Source of the DNA: Tubiluchus corallicola
Lineage: Eukaryota; Animalia; Priapulida
DNA: 64,000 nucleotides
Assembly (NCBI GenBank): GCA_030141605.1
Contig: JAQGDQ010000872.1
Location: forward strand, 22,253 to 86,252
Direction: 5' to 3'
Shown here: in pieces, positions 1 to 12,798 of the stretch
How positions within the stretch are numbered: position 1 is the first letter of the stretch
Layout: the number at the start of each line of letters is the position of its first letter
The notes under the pieces: model-generated
Told to the model about the DNA's origin: nothing
Databases searched by the model: none
The model's input: only the letters and a program-made list of their open reading frames with translations
Made by a program: the position numbers and the translations under genes

Positions 1-8
1 ACATTGAC

Positions 9-903
9 TAAGGTTGAAACGGTTAGGATTTTTTACTAATTATTAATTGCGGTCGGTTAACCTTTTATCCATGCTGGATGATGTCGTACATATGACAAAA
101 TATCGAATACGTAACAAACTAATATGAAGAAATTGCCCAACTCTAATCCCCATTATATAATCATAGAAATTCACTCAACTTGGTATGTCTTTAGAACGTG
201 AATAAATTATGTGCAATTTCCACTATTTGAAGAAGTTTTTGAACAACAAATTTTAAATTATAAAGCAGTAAAAGTGACACAATTACCCCCAAATTTCATT
301 TTACAATTAACCCCAAATTTCAATCTATAGAGAAATACCTGCGCTGCAATTACCCCTTCGAATCACGCCATGTTTACTCACACATTGTTGGTTGTACATA
401 AACTCACATGTTTTCAGAGACTGCCACGCTAGAATCGCCACGTGCGCAAACTCCGAATATTAATGCATAACGAACAATAAAGCACCTTGGGTTAGTCTTG
501 CTTTCACGACTCCATGTTTTCAGTACTGTAACAGTTATACCAGGGCAGAGTTACGATCATGCAAACTAAGAGAAAATATGGGAATTTCAACGATACAAGG
601 TTTAAAAAGTCACAAGGAGATCATACGTGTTAGTTTTAACATGTTGTAGGATCTTTCTGCCTATGCAGCTGATGAGCAAATAGTGCTTATACTATAGGTT
701 ACGTTTGCACTCTGCCGATATGAAGGAAGTCTTGCGATGGTTTATCAATGATTTTCTGTGTGCGTGATAGAACTTGTTTGTGAAAAAATTGTGTTATGTT
801 AAAATGTAAAGGAAAATAATGGTTAAACGGTTAGTGATTTTCTAAACGGTTACACCAGATGGCAGTCGGTTAAACGTTTAAACAGCTAACCGTCTCAACC
901 TTA
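9..903. mobile_element. Non-autonomous hAT-type DNA transposon (MITE)
   Basis: 18-bp TIR TAAGGTTGAAACGGTTAG / CTAACCGTCTCAACCTTA; perfect 8-bp TSD ACATTGAC at 1-8 and 904-911; subterminal CGGTTA repeats. Confidence 0.85.
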
Positions 904-980
904 ACATTGACATAAGAAACCAGTTTAACAATTTGATCCATGCATCAAATACTTATTTAAAAAATGTCAAAAAATATGCA

Positions 981-3900
981 TCAAACTTCATTTTCCTCAT
1001 TGACCTTGTTGGACATCTCAATCAATCTGAAAAAGAAATCAGATACTTTAATCTTTATCAATAAAATCTAAATACACCGAATAAATCAAAAACATGATGG
1101 AAATTAGCACTTCAAACAGGTTCAAGTTATTCTAATAATATCTTTTGTAATAAAAATATGATTTTTAACTAACAGCAGTTTGTTTGAAACATAGTTGGTT
1201 ACGTAAAATAACTCAATTTTATCACATTTAAGTTACTAAACATTACACTGGTTCTAATTATCGATAAACAACAGTACTTTGGAAGATAGACATTCCAGAA
1301 TTCCGACTGCCGTGGAATATAACCGGCCTTGACAATCAAAGCATTCTCAACGGAAAGGTAGAGGCCATTTTTCTCTCCAAGCTGAGTCCAATTGATGTTG
1401 ATCCTTTGGCCGTTAATTACAAGCCCACCATTGTTAGGTGTAGGGTGACTATAATAGACAGATTGTGGAAGTTAATCAACTAATTTTATCATCATAATAT
1501 CTGTTCATGCAAACAAAAACCGTCTGTAAGTCGGCATAGTTAAAACTACGTTACAATGCTTCAAAGCAGAGTACATCGAAAATTTTGTCAAATGCCAATT
1601 TTTTTGTTTTTTATAAAAAGAAATGCTAAATATATTGGATTTTATATTCTAGCATCAAATTATCAAGAGTGTTCAAAAAATACTAGAATTCTAATTTTAT
1701 AATCCTGTGCCCACTTTTCTGTCTACAAACTAGTACTGTAATTGTAAAAAACTTGTATTTTCAAATTCCGATAGTAGCTCGTGGAAGCTGTCATTTTGCT
1801 TGGGGTTTTTCTGTTGCCAAGACCAGATCTTTGTCATTAAGAGCCAGCTACTGGATTTAAACATAACTTCAATGTGTTCTTGTAAAGTTCATAGCAACCA
1901 ACGTTTGTACGGTTGCTAAGTGTTTTATAGAAACGCGACAAAAATAATGGTTAACTTTAACAGAGATTTTCTCAAGGTTATGTTTTTCACTGCGTAGCCT
2001 GCACCTCAACTTCAATGTTGATTATCTCAGCTTAGAAATAACATAGAGTGATGAACTTGGTATCAAAATGATCCTCATGAGATTCTAGGTAAGGTTCTAG
2101 CTAGCTGTTTAGACTGTTACTATTACAATAGCTTGGGCTGCGAGGCGTTGTCAAGTGTACACAAATGTGTTGTTTGGTGCACTTAACCTTTGACCTTTTC
2201 ACGATCATCATCAATCGCTGAATCTGTGATAAGGCTAATTACTGCATATTTACCCAAATTTGACAAAATTAGTCAGTAGAGCTGTCATAATGTTTGAAAT
2301 AATTCTATCTCTATTGTCAAACAATGCAAATGAAGGTATGCAGACGTCTTCCCCATTCAGCTCAATGCAGTAGACATAACCGGGTCTGTGGGGGGTGCCA
2401 AAGTCATATAATACATTTAAGCCCTGCGGAACAACTGAAATAAAATGGAATATGGTTCAATTAAAACCAAGAATTTTAATTTCCCGATCAGAAAAGCACA
2501 GAGACAGTTTAACTCCTTCAGGACCACACCAGTCAAAATAAATCTTATAAGACCTATGACTCAAATGCAACTGTATGAACACAGACGTAACTAAATGATT
2601 ACAAACTATGTACTGTTCTATTGAGGAGAATCTCGGCAATCCAATCATGCTATTTGTTTAAACATTTACAAGTGACTTAATTTGATAAAATTAAGAAAAA
2701 CATGCACTTTTCAGCCAACTTAGCTTACCAAATAGCTTAGTTTGATGTACACTTGCATGATCGTATAAACTATTTTATTGATCGCCTGATTGCTACAGCC
2801 CAAGACAGCAGTCTGTTGTACAGAGTTCTAGGAAAAGCCATGCGATCAGCCAAGAAAAAATTAAGGTCGTTTCATCTTTTAAAAGAAACTTCTTCTTAAA
2901 AATACAGTAGACTTAAGGCCAAAGTGTATCAGAGTGTTGTGCTTGGATAGTTGAAATTTTCCGCATTAGCCAATTTCGCAGAAGCGATACTATACATTGT
3001 TACAGTGCAAACACTACAGTTTACTGGAAGCTTTTTTCAATTTTTTTTCATCAAAAATCTATTTCTAATCTATCTAAGATAAGCAAATGCATTTCATATA
3101 TAATTTTGCACGAAAATCATTGTGTGAGAAACCTACAAAAATTAGCGACTGTAATGTAATCATTGCTTAGTGAGGGCAGGTTTCATGAACATGCAAAATG
3201 CAATAAAACCCTTATGGTCCTGAAGGAGTTAAGAAACAGTAGTTGAATAAAAAGAGCCAAAAGACCATCTTACAGACCTAAGTATCAACATATGAATTAT
3301 AAGATGTTAAACTTTTGCTTTAAAATCAGTTCAAGAAACTCACGCTGCCCATATGGAGATCGGTTTGGGAAATAATTGAAAGCAAAAGCCCAAAACGGAA
3401 CACTGTTGTTTACGTGAAACTGAGACTCTAGGTCCATTGGAGCTGCAAATAATGCATCAGTCACAACCTGTAACAAAGAGAATGATAAGGAATTGATAAC
3501 AACAAAATAGTGTGAAATGGTCAAATTTATAGTAATGGTCTTCAATGTATAATTTCTTACAGTCCACTGAGTGTTAATTATCCAAATTGACTCAGTGGCT
3601 TTTTAACCAACTTATTTACTTGGGGGAGGGGGGGTCAGTTTATCTTCAACAGATCTAATATGTCCACTGTCAAAAAATTAATTTCTGCAGATGTCTTAGT
3701 TGAAACTGTCGTTACCTTTAGTCTATATTTACCTTCTGAAATTATCTACAATAATGTATTTACTGAAATATGGAAAGCTGACGCAAGTTTTAAACATTTT
3801 AGCTTGAAAAAGCTGCCATGATTTAAAATAATGATCATTAAACCCATGGAACCTAGCCACGGGGGGGGGGGGGGGGAGGCAAGCCAGCCCAACTCAGATC

Positions 3901-6900
3901 CGGTCCCAAGCCAAAACTGCGCCAAAACCTTCTATGAATGAGTCGGTGAGACTTAAAGGGAAAGTCCACAAAGAAGCGGTCAGACCCGCTCTAATCTATG
4001 GGCTGGAAGCAGCTTCTCTAAAGAAGACCGAAGAGAAGAAAATGGGTGTGGTGGAGATGAGGATGTTGAGATGGATGGTGGGAATAACAAGAAGAGATAA
4101 AATTAGAAATAATAATATCAGAGGAACAGTAAAAGTAGTGGAAGCCTCGCAAGATTGCGATGGTATGGACACCTGAAAAGAAGAGTTGGTGAAGATCATG
4201 TGGGAAGGGAAGACATAAATGAAGAGATGGTCAACAACAGGAATGCTTGGAGAAGACTCATTCACAACGGCGACCCCGAATAGGGAAAAGCTGGGAAGAA
4301 GAAGAAGATCATTAAACCCATGGAGAGACGTAGTCAGAACACATATTTCAATGTAACCGGCAAAATTGCTGCAGAAAAAACCATTACTGGCATTTTGTCA
4401 GCAAAAATTAAATTGCACGTAAGACAACGGAAACACGATTTTAAAACAGAATTCTAAAATGTTTCAATAAGTTGTTTACATTTATAATTGATTCAAGCGC
4501 ATGAGCATTGTTCGCTTGTCCTTCCCACCGATGATACTCAAGAAATATCGCATCACCCACGAGTCCACTAGGGTCCCTTAATCCGATTTTCTGCTTCAGA
4601 ACAGTAATGAGAGAGTTCTGCCAACTTTCTTGTGTCACATCATTTAACGTTGTGTCAACAAACTCTAAACAAGAATGAAAAATGACGAAGAATGAAAAAA
4701 ATATACCAAATCATAAGTAGTGAGCATGCAGAAGGGAAGGAAAGGGCAATTTAAAAGTATGCCCCAAAAAGCTTTCCAGGCAAGTTATATTACTTAGCAT
4801 TACACTTATCTGCTTGAAAGATTTGTGCAACTAAAAAGATAATTCTTAGTAATTCAAAATATTTGCGCCAACTGGTAAACGTCACTGACTCACCTTCCCA
4901 GTGTGCATCACAGACTCACCAAAAAATGTACTATTAACTTTATTTACAAGATACAGTAATTTGTACTTTTGCTTACTTAATGAAGCATGTTCTAAGAATG
5001 CTCTGATTATTTTTTAACTTAATGCAATTTTACCTAAACTTGTTTCAAAAACTAACCATCAAAATAGCTGCAGCTAACAGCCACCAGGAGAGTTTAACTT
5101 TTCAAGTTTTCCGCAGCCTTGCTAATAAATACAAAGCCTGCGTGCAATGGTAATTTATAGTTATTGAACTGTGAGCTATGAAAGATCTCATTTTTTTTCT
5201 TTAAACTTTATGCACTGTTATCAAAGCACTTTTTGCTACAAGTTAGTACACAATTTATACAACAACAGTGCATTTAAAGGAAGAGATGAAGTTAAACAAT
5301 GACCACTTGCTCACCTTCTCAGTGTGCACCACTGCTTAACAGAAAATGTGTTTTTAATCTTATTGACAACATATAGTAATTTATACATTTGCTTAGCTAG
5401 TGAGTGAGCTACAAATCTGATTTAAATTTTCAAACTTTATGCAACGTTATCAAAGCATTTTTCTGTTAAATATTACTACACAATTTACAGAAGTACGATG
5501 AACTTAAACAGGATGTTGGTCCGGAATTTCACTTCTGCTTTAAATAATACTAAGACCATGATGGTAAAGCTTCAGCATTTACTGCACAGTGCACTGGTAT
5601 ATTAAGTCATACAGTAACTAAATTGAAAGACATAAGACTTTTCAGCAGAGCTCTTCAGTGTCTATTGTAATTATGTCAAAATATTAGGTAAAAGCACAAA
5701 ACTAAAACTGTTGCTGAAAGTAACCATGTTTGTTACTGAATAAAACTAGTACTAGATTCAGTAACTAAAATAGAGACAAGTTAGTAACATGTTCTTTTTG
5801 TCTAAGTAGTAGTAGTACACACCACGGAAGCAGTACGATTGCACAAGAAGACACTGAAGAGTTCCACTGAAAAGTCTTATGTCTTTCAAATTAGTTACTG
5901 TATGACTGCATATATCAGGTCTTGTGCACTGTGCAATAAATTATTATTATTATTATTATGAGTTTATTTCGTATAAAAACATACAGTTTACAAAGATAAA
6001 GATGTTAGTAAAACAGGTAATGCGATGTTAGTAAAGTAACATATCTACAGACATTCAACTTTATAATAACCACACATTGTAGTTCCCTTGTAATTATATT
6101 ACATTATACAGTGTTGTAAGGAGCTATAATAGATATCTTAAAACATAATCTTTAAATGAGTTCTTAACCTTTAATTTTACATTTTCGTTTAGATCTACAG
6201 TACAACCATATTTGTATCTTAAATTTACTTGACTGTTATTTACATAGTAGCATAGCTTTGGAATTCTCAATGTGCAGGAGTTTACAATTTTTCTCACAAA
6301 GTTTAATTTTCGACTATCTATTAAATAATTCGCAGGCATTGTGCCACAAAAATACATTAACAATTTGACACTTTTATTTTGTCTAAAATCGAATATTTTT
6401 CTATAAGCAGTGTTCCATTTTACCCTAATGGCATTAACTTCATTGTTTGATAAATGTTGAAACTTTACCATCATTGTCTTAGCATTATTTAAAGCATTAT
6501 AATGAATTCAACGGAAGATATGAAGTTAAACAATGTTGAACTTAACCTAACAAAGTTGTGGCTTCATCTTTCGTTACACCTGTAATGAACGGCACACGGT
6601 TGTAATCTCCTGTTTGCAGTAATTTTCTTGGTTCGTCAGGTAGAAATCCACCCGGCCCATCAACTACGGGAGCCCAGGGTAATATCCAATCAGTTTCCTG
6701 AAATAAATGTAACCTCAATAAATGCAAATGGCTCAGTACGTTGCTAGAACATAGAACATATAGAACATAGAACATTTATTTTCTCCAATTAGTTGTGACA
6801 TAAAAAGTTTTGTAAATATTACGTAATTATAATCGTGGAGCAGGGCAGAGAAGGACCATAGGGTCATCTAGTCTCCTGTCCTTTCTTATAAATAGATTAG

Positions 6901-9900
6901 TAATATTAACAATCAACTGTGATGCTGCAGATAACAAAAACAAAAACAAATAAGAACTGAAAACAACAAAAAAAATAATGATAATAAAGTTGGATATCAA
7001 AATCCAAACAAAACAATACAATTATTCAGTAAAGAGGATTATTATATGTAGCAGTTTCAAATGGGGTCTTATTAACAGGGGAAAATGACCAAGGTTAGTG
7101 AGTAAAGTTAAAAAACTGAGAGTATGGAAAGAAAAAATAAGCATCAAAAAAGTGCAATATAGAAAAATTTACGAGAAAAAGTAAGTATGAGAAAGAGCAA
7201 CAATTACTTAGGAGGTGAGGAGAAAAAAGAAATACCAGAACTGTGATGTTGGACTTCACAGTGTAACTTTATGATAACATTAAGCAGTTAGTGTGGTTTG
7301 ACTTATAAATAAAACAGTTTAAGACATCGTGAAATTTTTTCCCAATCAAGACATCTGGTCAAAGCATCATTAGAAACTTCAGGACCGTAAGTTTGCTGCA
7401 TTTTGCATGGTTTCATGAAAAACTGCTCTCTCACTAAGTAGAGATTACATTATATTTGATAATCTATGTAGTTTCTACTCCTCAGACAATGGGCTTTTAT
7501 GCAAAATTATGTATGAGAATGCATTTGCTTATATTAGACAAATTAAAAATTGATTTTTGATAAAAAAATAAAAAAAGAAAAAAATTACTGCTGTTCAGTA
7601 ACAGCAGTGTTCGCACCATAACAACTTACACCATTTTTTGTGTGAAATTGGCTAATACAGAAAATTTTACAGTTATGGTGTCGCCCCCCAAACGCCCCAC
7701 CCACCTAGCAATGCCACTGTGAGTTTAACAACTTTATAAAAAGGTACTGGGAGAAATAAGTGCAAACAATCACAGTTTTTAATGAAGAATACATAAAATG
7801 TAGTTACATCTACATCTGCTGTCACTAAAGTTTCACCATCTACTGCCTGCAAGCACTCAATCAACTTCTGCTCATCATCTCTTCTACCCAGCTGACAACC
7901 CACAGCATCCGCAAGTCTCTCCGCAAACCTTTCCGGTTCCGGATTGTATGACAGCAACGATAACGAACTTCCACTAGCTGCCACACCTTGTCTAAACAAG
8001 CCTGCAGTTAGTGGAGACAACACGTGTAAGGACACTGCAATCGCTCCACTGCCGTGTCCAAAAAGTGTTACACGTGACGAATCGCCGTTGAACAGTGCAA
8101 CGTTGCTCTGTACCCACTTTAGCGCTTGAACTTGGTCTAACATGCCGTAATTTCCTGGAGCGGCCTCATTGCCTGTGCTTAGAAAACCTGAAAAAAATTG
8201 TAATATCACATAAAGGTCAAATTGAACGCAGAAACAAGTCTTCTTTGATTAAAAGAGCTAACCGTACTTTAAATTTCAACACAAACTTTATTAAATCACA
8301 CATCTTCCTTCCTACTGAAATCGGGACTTGAAGCTGCATTTTGTTCAACGATATGATAGTCTTAGTGTTAACCATTGCGACTTTTAGATCAGCTACCATT
8401 CAAATTTTAATAATTTAGTGAATAATTATGATCCACGGGGGATTATTTGCACCTAGACTAGATTAGAATCCATGTAGATTTTTTTCTGTGATTAGTGCAG
8501 TTGAAAAATGACACACAAATGTAATAAAACTTAAATTTAAATAAACTAACATTAAAACTACAAATCAAGTAAATGATTAACAGGTCACTAGTACTTACCA
8601 AGGCGCCCAAGACGAAAGTTTGGCACAACAACTACCACGTCCAACTTTGCCAACTCCATTGCATGGTACAGCGGGTTAGCTGCCCAGTCAGAGTGAAATA
8701 ATCCAGAATGCAGGTATACGACGACGGCATACTTAATGGTCACCCCTCTCCTGGCAATGTCGGGCTGCAAAATGATTCACGATCCTCAGAAACAAATTTA
8801 CGACATTTTGTTTAACTAAAAACTCATAATATTAAAAATTTAAATACACAAGTAATAAGCAATCAAAGCAGAGAACACTGATATTAGACAACAAAGCAAT
8901 CAAGTCAAAACAAATATTAATGAAAGGAACCCATAGATGACAAGTGTGGAAGTTGTAATTGTACATTTTTTAGGTGCTGCCATCTATGAACTAATGCATG
9001 TTCACTGGATCTCCCCCTATTTTTCAGTAATGGTTTTTGTGAAGCCAAGTTTGCATAATCACCTATACCTATATATACTGACTGGATTTACTTTCTGGTC
9101 ACTGTCCAACTCTCAGTGATCAGTCATGCTACTCATGTTACTCACTGTCTAACTCTCAGTGTTCAGTGCAGCAGTCGTGCTACTCATGTTACTCACTGTC
9201 TAACTCTCAGTGTTCAGTGCAGCAGTCGTGCTACTCATGTTACTCACTGTCTAACTCTCAGTGTTCAGTGCAGCAGTCGTGCTACTCATGTTACTCACTG
9301 TCTAACTCTCAGTGTTCAGTGCAGCAGTCGTGCTACTCATGTTACTCACTGTCTAACTCTCAGTGTTCAGTGCAGGACACTCTTGTTCTCAGTGTTCAGT
9401 ACAGCAGTCATTCTACTTATGTGTATGTAGTCTAATAAACACTTTTCAGTTTTGTGCAAATATGTAGTATAGTTGTTTATTCTTGTTCTACAAAGTGAAT
9501 GATTTACAACTTTAAACATGACTTTCACAACAAGTTTTATATAAAATATAACAGCTTAGGAAGGGCTTTACAAACAGTTCCTAATGCACATTGAAGTGGC
9601 TGAGCCTAATAGCTGCAACCTCTCTAACTGGTGATCACTGCATATCACAAAACAATGCAAAAATACCAAACAAAATATTTGTTGTACCTAAAGTTTTCAT
9701 TTTATGTACAACTGTCAAAAATAAGTGCAAATTGAGTGCAAATAATTCACCATTATTATGTCCCTGATAATTTGACTCTAACTTGTTGGCATTCTTCTGT
9801 CTCGGAAGACAATGGAGTGTGCGCCAAGAGAGACAGTTATTGATCACATTGATGGAGCTGCAGCGTCGACTGTGGCTGAGCAGTCCGATCCTTGAACGTC

Positions 9901-11543
9901 TCCAGGGCGCACACCTGGGCAAGGTGTGTGGAGATCCTGAGTTGCCCAGACAACAGGAACCCCTCTTTTCCTCCCTGGTGTAGTCCAAAGGAAAGCGGAG
10001 TGATACGTTTGGCATCAGGTTGGCTGCAGGAGCTGCCGGAGTCAGTGAGCATGCTGCACTGGCTCCACTCGTGATTTGGAAGGTTTACTACTCTACACAT
10101 CACCGTTGGGTAACTTGACCTCCTCCGCCCTCTAGCCATTGGCTGCTTGTGCAGCTCCTCTGCCTAGTGTCGAGATACAGTGTGGGCATCCCGCAAGCCT
10201 ACAGCACCTGGTATTCCTAGGCGGTCACCCAACCAAATACTAACCAGGCTCTACGTTGCTTAACTTTGGTGATCAAACGAGAACCGGTGTTTTCAACGTG
10301 ATATGGCCATAGATTAATGGCTCTAACTAAGTTGTGGAAAACAACATTAACAAAAAACAGTGTAGAGTCCATGACCATACATCACATATATCTCTGTCAA
10401 GTATATACATATGTATACATGTTATCATAGACTTACTATAGGAGTGTAAATATTTAAGTAGAGACAATCTTCACTTTGTTTCTGTATGTTTGTGAATCCC
10501 ACATTTGTCTGCGCTTTCTTTTGCCAGCAGGCCGGGCCGAACAACGTTGCATCTCTAACACCAGTCCAGCCAGAATGAGCTTCTGGTGCCTACGCAAGTA
10601 CAAAGGCTGGACATTAAGTGTGCGGAAATGCATATGTCCTTGGTTACAATAGCTGTACAAAAGTTTAAATTAATTTAAAGCACTAGAAAACCTATTGCTT
10701 ACATAAATCTTCAAAATGTTTGGCTTATAATTTTGCATCACTTACTGTCTTATTGCGCACAGAGCTTGCATTTAGAGTGATATTTTGGCAATTGGCATTG
10801 CAAATTTAGGCATAAGCAATTAGGCTACTACAGTAGTCTAATTAATGTCCCTAATTTGTCAATGCTTTTGCTTTTGTTGTTACCGTTGTTGTTGCTGCTG
10901 CAGCATGTTACTGTTTTTGTTGTTGTTATTGCTGTTGTAGCTGCTGCTGCATGTTGCTGTTGTTGCTGCTGCTGCTGCATGGTGCTGTTGTTGTTGTTGC
11001 TGATGTTGTAGCTGCTGCTGCATGTTGTTGTTGTTCTTGCATGTTGCTGTTGTTGTTGTTGCTGCTGCTGCTGCTGCATGTTGTGGTTGTTGCTGCAGCT
11101 GCATGTTGCTGTTGTTGTTACTGCTATTGCTGCTGCTGCTGCATGTTGCTATTTTTGTTGCTGCTGCTGCATGTTGCAATTGTTGTTACTGTTACTGATG
11201 CTGCGCACTGTTGCTGCTGCTTTTGCAGCTTGCTGTTGTTGTTGCCCTTGTTGTTAGCATTATTCTAGTGAAATTACCACAAGTTATAAAACAGTTAAGT
11301 TTTACAATTAAAAACAGAAGAGCATACCTTGAAACGTTTGTCTCCAACAGGTGGTTCAGCATACGGAACATTGCGATAAACATGAACGACTCTTCCATTA
11401 GAAGCTGCCAGTGAAATACCTTGCAATGAACCGCCATGAGGAAAAACAACTAAAGGAGGCGGCGGTGGAATGACGCGACGCTGGTTTTGCGCATTCATTA
11501 AACACATTAAACACATTAAAATAACAAAACTAAAAACCTGCAT
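981..11543 (-). CDS. Type-B carboxylesterase/cholinesterase-like (neuroligin-like) protein, probably secreted and catalytically inactive, ~590 aa, 10 coding exons
   Basis: Exons 11543-11328, 10589-10437, 8764-8599, 8187-7808, 6697-6547, 4664-4480, 3467-3344, 2434-2254, 1448-1278, 1026-981; all GT-AG, phases consistent, 1773 nt total. Motifs: signal peptide MQVFSFVILMCLMCL, VPYAEPPVGDKRF, SEDCLYLNIYTP, NFRLG.LGFLS, GNYGMLDQVQALKWV, WAPVVDG, TNFVKFGHP, FWNVYLP. Nucleophile elbow reads FGHGSGA instead of GESAG. Confidence 0.9.
1505..2090 (+). mobile_element. MITE family A copy (3'-truncated)
   Basis: Shares GCAAAC..AAAA..GTC..TAAGTCGGCATAGTTAAAACTAC start and internal sequence with copies at 36.0, 40.1, 51.7, 53.7 and 58.1 kb. 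Confidence 0.8.
2086..2245 (+). mobile_element. Fragment of a dispersed TIR repeat (family also at 57.4-57.8 kb)
   Basis: CTAGGTAAGGTTCTAG...CACTTAACCTTTGACCTTTT.CACGATC matches 57651-57800. Confidence 0.6.
2513..3228. mobile_element. TTAA-targeting (piggyBac-like) MITE, full length
   Basis: TIR CTCCTTCAGGACC / GGTCCTGAAGGAG flanked by TTAA on both sides; partial reverse copies at ~7375-7670, ~31150-31622 and ~33877-34470. Confidence 0.8.
3851..4306 (+). mobile_element. RTE-clade non-LTR retroelement, internally deleted/non-autonomous
   Basis: ORF 3934-4176 LKGKVHKEAVRPALIYGLE..EMRMLRWMVGITRRDKIRN is an RTE ORF C-terminus; (GAA)n tail; 18-bp TSD GATCATTAAACCCATGGA at 3833-3850 and 4307-4324. 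Confidence 0.85.
4850..5510. mobile_element. Dispersed repeat family (two adjacent partial copies; Kolobok-like)
   Basis: CTCACCTTCCCAGTGTGCA(T/C)CAC...GACAAGATACAGTAATTT shared with 52683-53200 and 59790-60200. Confidence 0.6.
5537..6495. mobile_element. Palindromic MITE interrupted by a LINE fragment
   Basis: 5537-5662 is the reverse complement of 5849-5940 joined to 6451-6495. Confidence 0.7.
5940..6450 (-). mobile_element. 3' end of a non-LTR retrotransposon (CR1/L2 group)
   Basis: ORF 6124-6474 with WNTAYRKIF..SVK; (TAA)n tail at 5940-5960. Confidence 0.65.
9098..9415. repeat. 51-bp minisatellite, ~5-6 units
   Basis: Unit CAGTCGTGCTACTCATGTTACTCACTGTCTAACTCTCAGTGTTCAGTGCAG. Confidence 0.95.
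9784..10314 (-). mobile_element. 5S rRNA-headed SINE (SINE3-type) with Nin/Deu-like core
   Basis: 5S-like head followed, with no oligo-T terminator, by a GC-rich ~410-bp body containing GCAGCCAACCTGATGCCAAA..GCTTTCCTT; degenerate TSD TAAT..G.CTCTAACT at 9768-9783 and 10315-10328. Confidence 0.7.
10195..10314 (-). rRNA. 5S rRNA-derived sequence (degenerate; SINE head or pseudogene)
   Basis: Reverse complement TCTATGGCCATATCACGTTGAAAACACCGGTTCTCGTTTGATCACCAAAGTTAAGCAACGT...GGGTGACCGCCTAGGAATACCAGGTGCTGTAGGCTT resembles invertebrate 5S, with several CpG->TpG/CpA changes. Confidence 0.85.
10865..11260. repeat. Compound (TGC)n/(TGT)n trinucleotide microsatellite in esterase intron 1
   Basis: Runs of GTT/GCT punctuated by GCATGTT. 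Confidence 0.95.
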
Positions 11544-12559
11544 GTTGCATACAATGTGAATAAAAAATCTTCGGGGAAAACTATGTAAGGATTATGAGTA
11601 AGCGTTAAGCACTAGGTCAGTATTGCCACAACTTCTTTACTTAAGAACTACAAATATGTCAAACGATGGCATTTCTTTGAGCCGAAATTCACCTGCACGC
11701 TTGACCTATTATTCTATAAAAGAAACTTCACCTACAAACGTCCAAAGGTGAACAAATAGTGTCTGCAGAACAATGCAAGAAAACAGCAAGTTCAAATAAG
11801 TGGAAAGAGCAAACAAAGTTACAACTAGATCATTATGCGTATTAATTTGTGCTTTCAATTGAAGTGTGGAACAGAATCTTGGAAAAACGGACAAACTTAC
11901 CCAAACATGAAACGTAAGATTAAAAAGAAAGCACCCAGTCAAAAGCTTCAGTGAAATTCGTAATGCACAAGTTGACACAGTTAAAAACATAATTAAGACC
12001 TTAGGTCTCTAAGCAATAATAATTATCAGAAAAACATTTCATCAAACAACCAACAACAAAAAAGTTACTCGAGGCCCGTACATTCTGAAGAGAAATTCAT
12101 CATGTGGTTCAAGTGCAGCTGCAATCTGATATACTAATTATGATAATTTATTGTTAATTCCTAGAACAAGCACGAACAAAGATTAATTCTTTCAAAAATG
12201 GATAATACAATTATGAAGTTGAGTTTCCACTGAATGACAGGCTACTTCCTAAACTGTAATCCAATACCGGTTATGTAACAATGTATTAAACATGACAATG
12301 CAACCAAATGGGCCCTCTAATTGAGCTTGATTGTAGTGCATGCATTATGTACTTATACATTATTACGAGGTACACTTTATATTTTTTTGTCGTATTTTAA
12401 TGTTGTAAAGTAATATACGTACAACTACACTGCTGAATTAACAATAGTTCAGAGCAGCATATAAAGCACTGCACCAAAAAAACAAAGAAATATCAGGTGA
12501 CAAAAAGTGACAGGTATCATCCAGTGTAATCACGAATAAACAAGGTAAACATTGCCATG

Positions 12560-12790
12560 AAAAGAAAGACATTATGTGCTGAAGGTTTAGTATGTGAAAG
12601 GAGAAATTCAGTGACAACGAAAGACCACAGTTTCCAACGACCCAAACGACTGCGATGATGACCCATCAATCCTGATGAGTGAGTTGGAAGCAGCTATTGA
12701 GGAAATGAAGAAGGAAGAAGTGGCAGGACAGGGTGGAGTTGTTATTGAAATGATCAGCCGCATGAATCCACAGGTCTGGTAAAGCAAGGC
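12560..12790 (+). mobile_element. Degenerate RTE-like LINE fragment
   Basis: Translates as PSILMSELEAAIEEMKK..AG..GVVIEMI, typical of the region preceding RT. Confidence 0.55.
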
Positions 12791-12798
12791 TACTTGAT

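Noticed and set aside
1200-1277. Esterase ending by read-through of exon 1448-1278
   Set aside because: A phase-compatible terminal exon with a good acceptor exists at 1026-981; read-through is not excluded because the GTACTG donor is weak
10195-10314. Functional 5S rRNA gene
   Set aside because: Single copy, multiple CpG-type mutations, no oligo-T terminator, fused to a SINE-like body
10828-11268. PolyQ/polyL ORFs
   Set aside because: Trinucleotide microsatellite in esterase intron 1; the flanking exons join in phase without it
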